DNA of 62,912 nucleotides, filler included. It is 5 parts of 5 records of this genome, joined end to end, with 100 filler letters (N's around TTAATTAATTAA, not from the genome) between each part and the next. Parts side by side here need not be neighbours in the genome. Positions count along the whole stretch, not along the records: positions 55,039 to 62,912 come from SRR22947725_1923; 4 more parts are not named here. One strand, 5' to 3'. Of this stretch, positions 59,303 through 62,912 are shown in pieces. The translations under genes and the position numbers were made by a program. The notes beneath the pieces were generated by a model. It had not been told where the DNA came from. It worked only from the letters and a program-made list of their open reading frames with translations, and did no database searches. The first letter of the stretch is position 1; the number at the start of each line of letters is the position of its first letter.

Positions 59303-61898
59303 TATCTAACCTTTCTTTTAAATCGTCTATTTCAGCCTTTAGGTCTTTAATAGCTTCAATCAAATAACCTACTAAGTTACCGTATGCTACAGACTTGGTA
59401 CCCATTTCATCTTTTGCAGTATGTACTAACTCTGGTGCAACTTTTTCAATTTCTTGAGCTATAACACCTGAAGAAGCTTCTCCATCTTTCGTGTAAGAGA
59501 CTCCTCTCATTTCTAAAACTTTAGAGCCTTGTAGAGTTTGTATGTTGTCTTTTAATCTTTCATCTGAGTAAGCTGTGACGTTGCCTGTGGCTAAAACGCT
59601 TCCAACATTTGCTGCACCTGAAAGGTAGAGGTCTTTGAATCTGTTAGCTGAAGCACCAATACTGGTTACGGCATCTTGAAAACCGTTACCGTAAGGCACT
59701 ATGTTGTTACCACTAGCATTGAACTGTAAGCCAACATCGCCAGACTCTATATATAGTTCACCACCAACAGTACCAATACTTCCAACTGTTGTGCCGTCTT
59801 TTCGGAAGTTTAATATTTCGCCATCAGTACTCAATCTATTAAATGAGCCTACTGTGCTGTTTGTTACAGTTGCAGTAGTTGAGCCATTGTTAAAAGTACG
59901 ATGACCTGTTTCTGATAACCAAGTTAGATTAGTAGTTCCAACTAACAGACTCCCCGAGGCATCCAGTCTCATGCGTTCTTCGTTTGCTGTAGAGAACTGA
60001 AGCTGATTACTGGCTTCTTGGAACATCCCAGAGTCGCCGTCGCCAATAAAACCATATCCTGAAGTTTCAACACCTTGAGCAGTTAAGTGACGACCTAAAA
60101 CACTTGTATTACCTGCAAGGTAGAGGTCTTTGAAGCGAACAGCAGGGTCGCCTAAATCATATGTAGCGTCTGAGTTGGCTCCCGCAGTAGTTGCTGGAAT
60201 TAAACCAGCAGACCCTAAGCGCAGACCTTTGCTAGAACCAAGAACGTATGCTGTGCCGCTTAGTGTACCAATACTACCTACGGATGTGCTGTCTTTGTGA
60301 AAGGTGAGCAAAGAGCCGTCACTTGCAAGCCTCTTTAACTCTAAAGGGTTTCCACCACTTCTTGTAAACGCTGTGTAACCGCCTGCTCTAAGTTCCTGTC
60401 CTACGTTGCCAGTGGCGGTATAAGTCTTACCCACCAACAAGTTGCCCGAGGCATCAATTCTTGCAGCCTCGCCTGAAGAGCCTCTATTAAAAGAAATAAA
60501 ACCATTAGGGTTTACATTAAAACCTAGAGAATACTGGTCTGGTTGACCTATTCCCACATCGTTTGCTACTCCCCCAACGTCACTAAATTTAATTCTAAAA
60601 AAGTTTTCTGAAGTAGGGTCTCCATAAACTGCTTTACCAAAAGATAGTGGCGAACTAGGACTATCCGTTCCAATTCCAACGTTGCCTGAAGAGCCTTCAA
60701 TTCTCATTCGTTCTGTACCTGAACTTGAAGTTCCAAATGTTAGATTATCGCCTGTGCCATTTAAATGTACTTGACCTGAATTGTCTTTTAAAACAATACG
60801 AGCAGTTGCATCTGTGCTTTCAAAAGTAGCAACTGTATTAGTAGTACCTGAATTTACATGAAGTTTATTATCTGGACTAGTCGTTCCAATACCCAATCTC
60901 TCAGCACTAGCATCCCAGAATAGAGCTTGGCTAGTTCCTGTATCATCGTAGAAGGAGATGTCTCCTGTTGTGTGGTCAATTTCTAATCGTGTTCTATTTG
61001 TACCTGCGTGTCTGCCTATAAATTCAAAACCACCATAACGAGTTGTCTCATCTTGCTCACTAACAAAACTAGCCATGCTGTCATTAACAGAAATACTAAG
61101 GCTTTCGTTTGTGCTGCCAAAACGAGAAATAACAACTGGATTTACAGCATTGTTTGTATCAAAACTTGCATCTCCATCAACAGTCAAACCATCCATCGTG
61201 GCTGTGCCTGTTACGTCTATGCCTGTGGAGGTTGTGGCTAGTTTTCCATTACCATTGAAACATAAAGTAACTGCACCATCTTGAACTGCTGAAATCATGT
61301 TTTCTGTATCAGCAGAGTTTCTTATTCTCACAACATTACCAGCAAGCCTTAAATCACCTGTACCAACTTCTTGAACAATACTATTAGAGCCATCATGATA
61401 AATCTGTAAATCTGAACCTGCTCCAAAGATGGCTTTGTCGCTATCGCCAAAGTTAATATCGCCTGTAGTTGTTAAACCATCTGTAGTTATTACACCAGTA
61501 ACGTCTATGCCTGTTGAGGTTGTTTGAAACTTTATAGAATCATCATGGCGTAGGTATGACGGGCCGTTTTCTACAAACGCCGCAATAGTTTCTGTTCCTG
61601 CCGCATTGGTGATACGAACCAAATTGCCAGATAATTTCAGTTCGCCAGTTCCTGCGTCTTTAATCCAGCTATTAGACCCATCATGATAAATCTGTAAATC
61701 ATTACTAGCTCCAAAGATAGCTTTTTTGTTGTCTGCGAAATTAACTTGGTTTGGGTTTAAATTAACTTGTGTACCAGAGGAACTAAAAATAGCATCAAGC
61801 GTATCTAAGTCTGAATTAAGCGATATACCCCAAGTATCTTCGGCTGCACCTGGTTCTGGTTTAGTTAAGTTTAAATTAGTTGTAAATGTATCTGCCAT
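59286..61898 (-). CDS. long modular tail fibre with C-terminal intramolecular chaperone (peptidase S74-like)
   Basis: Internal repeats (LQIYHDGSNS x2, RFKDLYL x2, GIGT.SP x2); C-terminal YSDERLKDNI...GVIAQE...LIEAIKDL coiled coil. Confidence 0.85.
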   Translation of the reverse strand: MADTFTTNLNLTKPEPGAAEDTWGISLNSDLDTLDAIFSSSGTQVNLNPNQVNFADNKKAIFGASNDLQIYHDGSNSWIKDAGTGELKLSGNLVRITNAAGTETIAAFVENGPSYLRHDDSIKFQTTSTGIDVTGVITTDGLTTTGDINFGDSDKAIFGAGSDLQIYHDGSNSIVQEVGTGDLRLAGNVVRIRNSADTENMISAVQDGAVTLCFNGNGKLATTSTGIDVTGTATMDGLTVDGDASFDTNNAVNPVVISRFGSTNESLSISVNDSMASFVSEQDETTRYGGFEFIGRHAGTNRTRLEIDHTTGDISFYDDTGTSQALFWDASAERLGIGTTSPDNKLHVNSGTTNTVATFESTDATARIVLKDNSGQVHLNGTGDNLTFGTSSSGTERMRIEGSSGNVGIGTDSPSSPLSFGKAVYGDPTSENFFRIKFSDVGGVANDVGIGQPDQYSLGFNVNPNGFISFNRGSSGEAARIDASGNLLVGKTYTATGNVGQELRAGGYTAFTRSGGNPLELKRLASDGSLLTFHKDSTSVGSIGTLSGTAYVLGSSKGLRLGSAGLIPATTAGANSDATYDLGDPAVRFKDLYLAGNTSVLGRHLTAQGVETSGYGFIGDGDSGMFQEASNQLQFSTANEERMRLDASGSLLVGTTNLTWLSETGHRTFNNGSTTATVTNSTVGSFNRLSTDGEILNFRKDGTTVGSIGTVGGELYIESGDVGLQFNASGNNIVPYGNGFQDAVTSIGASANRFKDLYLSGAANVGSVLATGNVTAYSDERLKDNIQTLQGSKVLEMRGVSYTKDGEASSGVIAQEIEKVAPELVHTAKDEMGTKSVAYGNLVGYLIEAIKDLKAEIDDLKERLDNDSSK

Positions 61899-62440
61899 TA
61901 AGCTGCCTCTTGTTTGTCTAATTCAGTCCAAACTGTAGATGGATTGGTTTGATCTGTCCAAGTGCTACTTGCAACAATTTGATCTGTCCATGTATCGTCT
62001 GGAACAATAATATCTTCCCATTTTAAACCACCGATTGCTACAAAGCCACTTGTTTCACTTATAGTTGATGCACCTTTATAAGTAACTACACCATTAGCAT
62101 CTACATTTGAAGTTGCTGGTATGGTGGAAACACCAGTTGCGGTAATAAATCCTTGAGCATTAACATTTGATACTCCTGCAATCGTTGCATTAGCACCGTG
62201 CGTTTTTCTTCCTACTGCACTAGCACCTGATACAACACTAATCGTTGCTGATGCTTTATCAATTTGTGTACCAGTTGCAGTAAAACCTGAAACAGCCTGT
62301 ATGACTGCTGTAGGTACATCTATTTGTGTTCCAACTGCGGTAGCTCCGCTAGTTGCTGATATAGTTGCTTCGGCTTGAAACGCAAGATCGTTATACTTTG
62401 ATCTTGAATAGTAGCCTTGGTTATAGCCTATACTGGCCAT
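61898..62440 (-). CDS. phage virion-associated Ala/Thr/Ser-rich repeat protein
   Basis: ATISA.SG.TA.G-like repeats; C-terminal W-T-D repeats. Confidence 0.65.
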   Translation of the reverse strand: MASIGYNQGYYSRSKYNDLAFQAEATISATSGATAVGTQIDVPTAVIQAVSGFTATGTQIDKASATISVVSGASAVGRKTHGANATIAGVSNVNAQGFITATGVSTIPATSNVDANGVVTYKGASTISETSGFVAIGGLKWEDIIVPDDTWTDQIVASSTWTDQTNPSTVWTELDKQEAA

Positions 62441-62444
62441 GATG

Positions 62445-62837
62445 TTAAGCTAATGTTACGTCTAAATCACCAGTATTGAATCTGAAAACATCCCCTGTGC
62501 TTACAACTTTTGATGTAGTTAAGTTTGCGTATGCTAGTAAGTTGCCTGATGATGAAGCATCAAAGATACCAACCGCAACTACTGTTCCATAGTCTGCTGT
62601 AGCTGTTGGATATTCTACAGCAGCTGTGTTGCTTGCTGTGGTTGGGTTTGTACCAGAGACGCTAAAAGCTCCTGATTGTCTTGCGTATGAACCGCCTGAT
62701 ACTTCAGTACCACCACCTGTGTCTGTTGGTGCTACGGTATATAAAGCCACATATAATGTTGATGGTGCTGTATAAGCATTACCACCAAATACATGGTCTA
62801 ATACCTTGTCCTCTAAATAATCACTAAATCCTGCCAT
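62445..62837 (-). CDS. phage structural protein (tail/fibre-attachment type)
   Basis: FSDYLE..LDH...LYVALYT...GTEVSGGSYARQ...GIFDASSSGNLL pattern common in phage structural modules; AGGAG ribosome-binding site. Confidence 0.7.
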   Translation of the reverse strand: MAGFSDYLEDKVLDHVFGGNAYTAPSTLYVALYTVAPTDTGGGTEVSGGSYARQSGAFSVSGTNPTTASNTAAVEYPTATADYGTVVAVGIFDASSSGNLLAYANLTTSKVVSTGDVFRFNTGDLDVTLA

Positions 62838-62845
62838 ATTATCTC

Positions 62846-62911
62846 CTAATTATTACTCCAGTAATGTATGTTTTTACCAGCTTTGCCATAAGTTCTTCTT
62901 CTTTGCATTAG
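62846..62911 (-). CDS. C-terminus of an upstream phage protein (possibly a head-tail adaptor)
   Basis: ...LMQRRRTYGKAGKNIHYWSNN-stop; its TAG overlaps the AGGAG site of the next gene. Confidence 0.45.
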   Translation of the reverse strand, partial: LMQRRRTYGKAGKNIHYWSNN

Positions 62912-62912
62912 A

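Larger units (their letters stand above)
55039..62912 (-). mobile_element. tailed phage (podovirus-like) structural gene module
   Basis: Tightly packed co-oriented ORFs including fibre proteins, an intramolecular-chaperone domain and a P22-gp10-like protein; no cellular genes. Confidence 0.9.

Noticed and set aside
59286..61898. Diversity-generating retroelement or shufflon acting on the fibre
   Set aside because: No reverse transcriptase, no adenine-specific TR/VR pair, no invertase or inverted cassettes seen; the repeats are direct and in-frame.
6236..61938. Numerous short antisense or nested ORFs in the ORF track (e.g. 6236-6541, 17346-17657, 24741-25061, 57429-57806)
   Set aside because: Shadow frames of well-supported genes, with no motifs or initiation signals.
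1..62912. CRISPR array, rRNA or IS element
   Set aside because: No regularly spaced repeats, rRNA-like sequence or transposase ORF seen; coding density leaves no room.

Overview
This window is not one locus. It is five unrelated contigs joined by artificial 100-nt linkers (44 N + TTAATTAATTAA + 44 N) at 9475-9574, 21685-21784, 44377-44476 and 54939-55038, so it looks like a metagenome or bin concatenation. (1) 1-9474: a very AT-rich Flavobacteriia-type fragment with trpEGDCFB, an unannotated Trp-Trp leader peptide and attenuator, rhodanese, PspC, an AGCS symporter, acyl-CoA dehydrogenase, rpsU, xerC and a partial tRNA. (2) 9575-21684: a Shine-Dalgarno-using bacterium, possibly FCB group/Marinimicrobia (inferred), with tRNA-Leu, TPR-HAD-acpS-murA-trkAH-uvrC, a eukaryote-like cystathionine beta-synthase core, tldD/tldE, tRNA-Cys and tRNA-Leu. 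(3) 21785-44376: a second Flavobacteriia fragment with fumC, hutI, ftcD, ettA, a menaquinone cluster and a partial dnaK. (4) 44477-54938: a proteobacterial nuoF-N operon. (5) 55039-62912: a tailed-phage structural module with two fibre-like proteins sharing an N-terminal anchor, a modular fibre with a C-terminal intramolecular chaperone followed by a gp38-like adhesin candidate, small unannotated ORFs and a P22-gp10-like protein. No CRISPR array, defence system, IS element or clearly new multi-gene system could be supported. The best leads are the phage fibre/adhesin module, a UvrC missing its Cys cluster and HhH domain next to a eukaryote-like CBS, and unusual translation-initiation signals in the flavobacterial contigs. 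All taxonomic calls are by eye.
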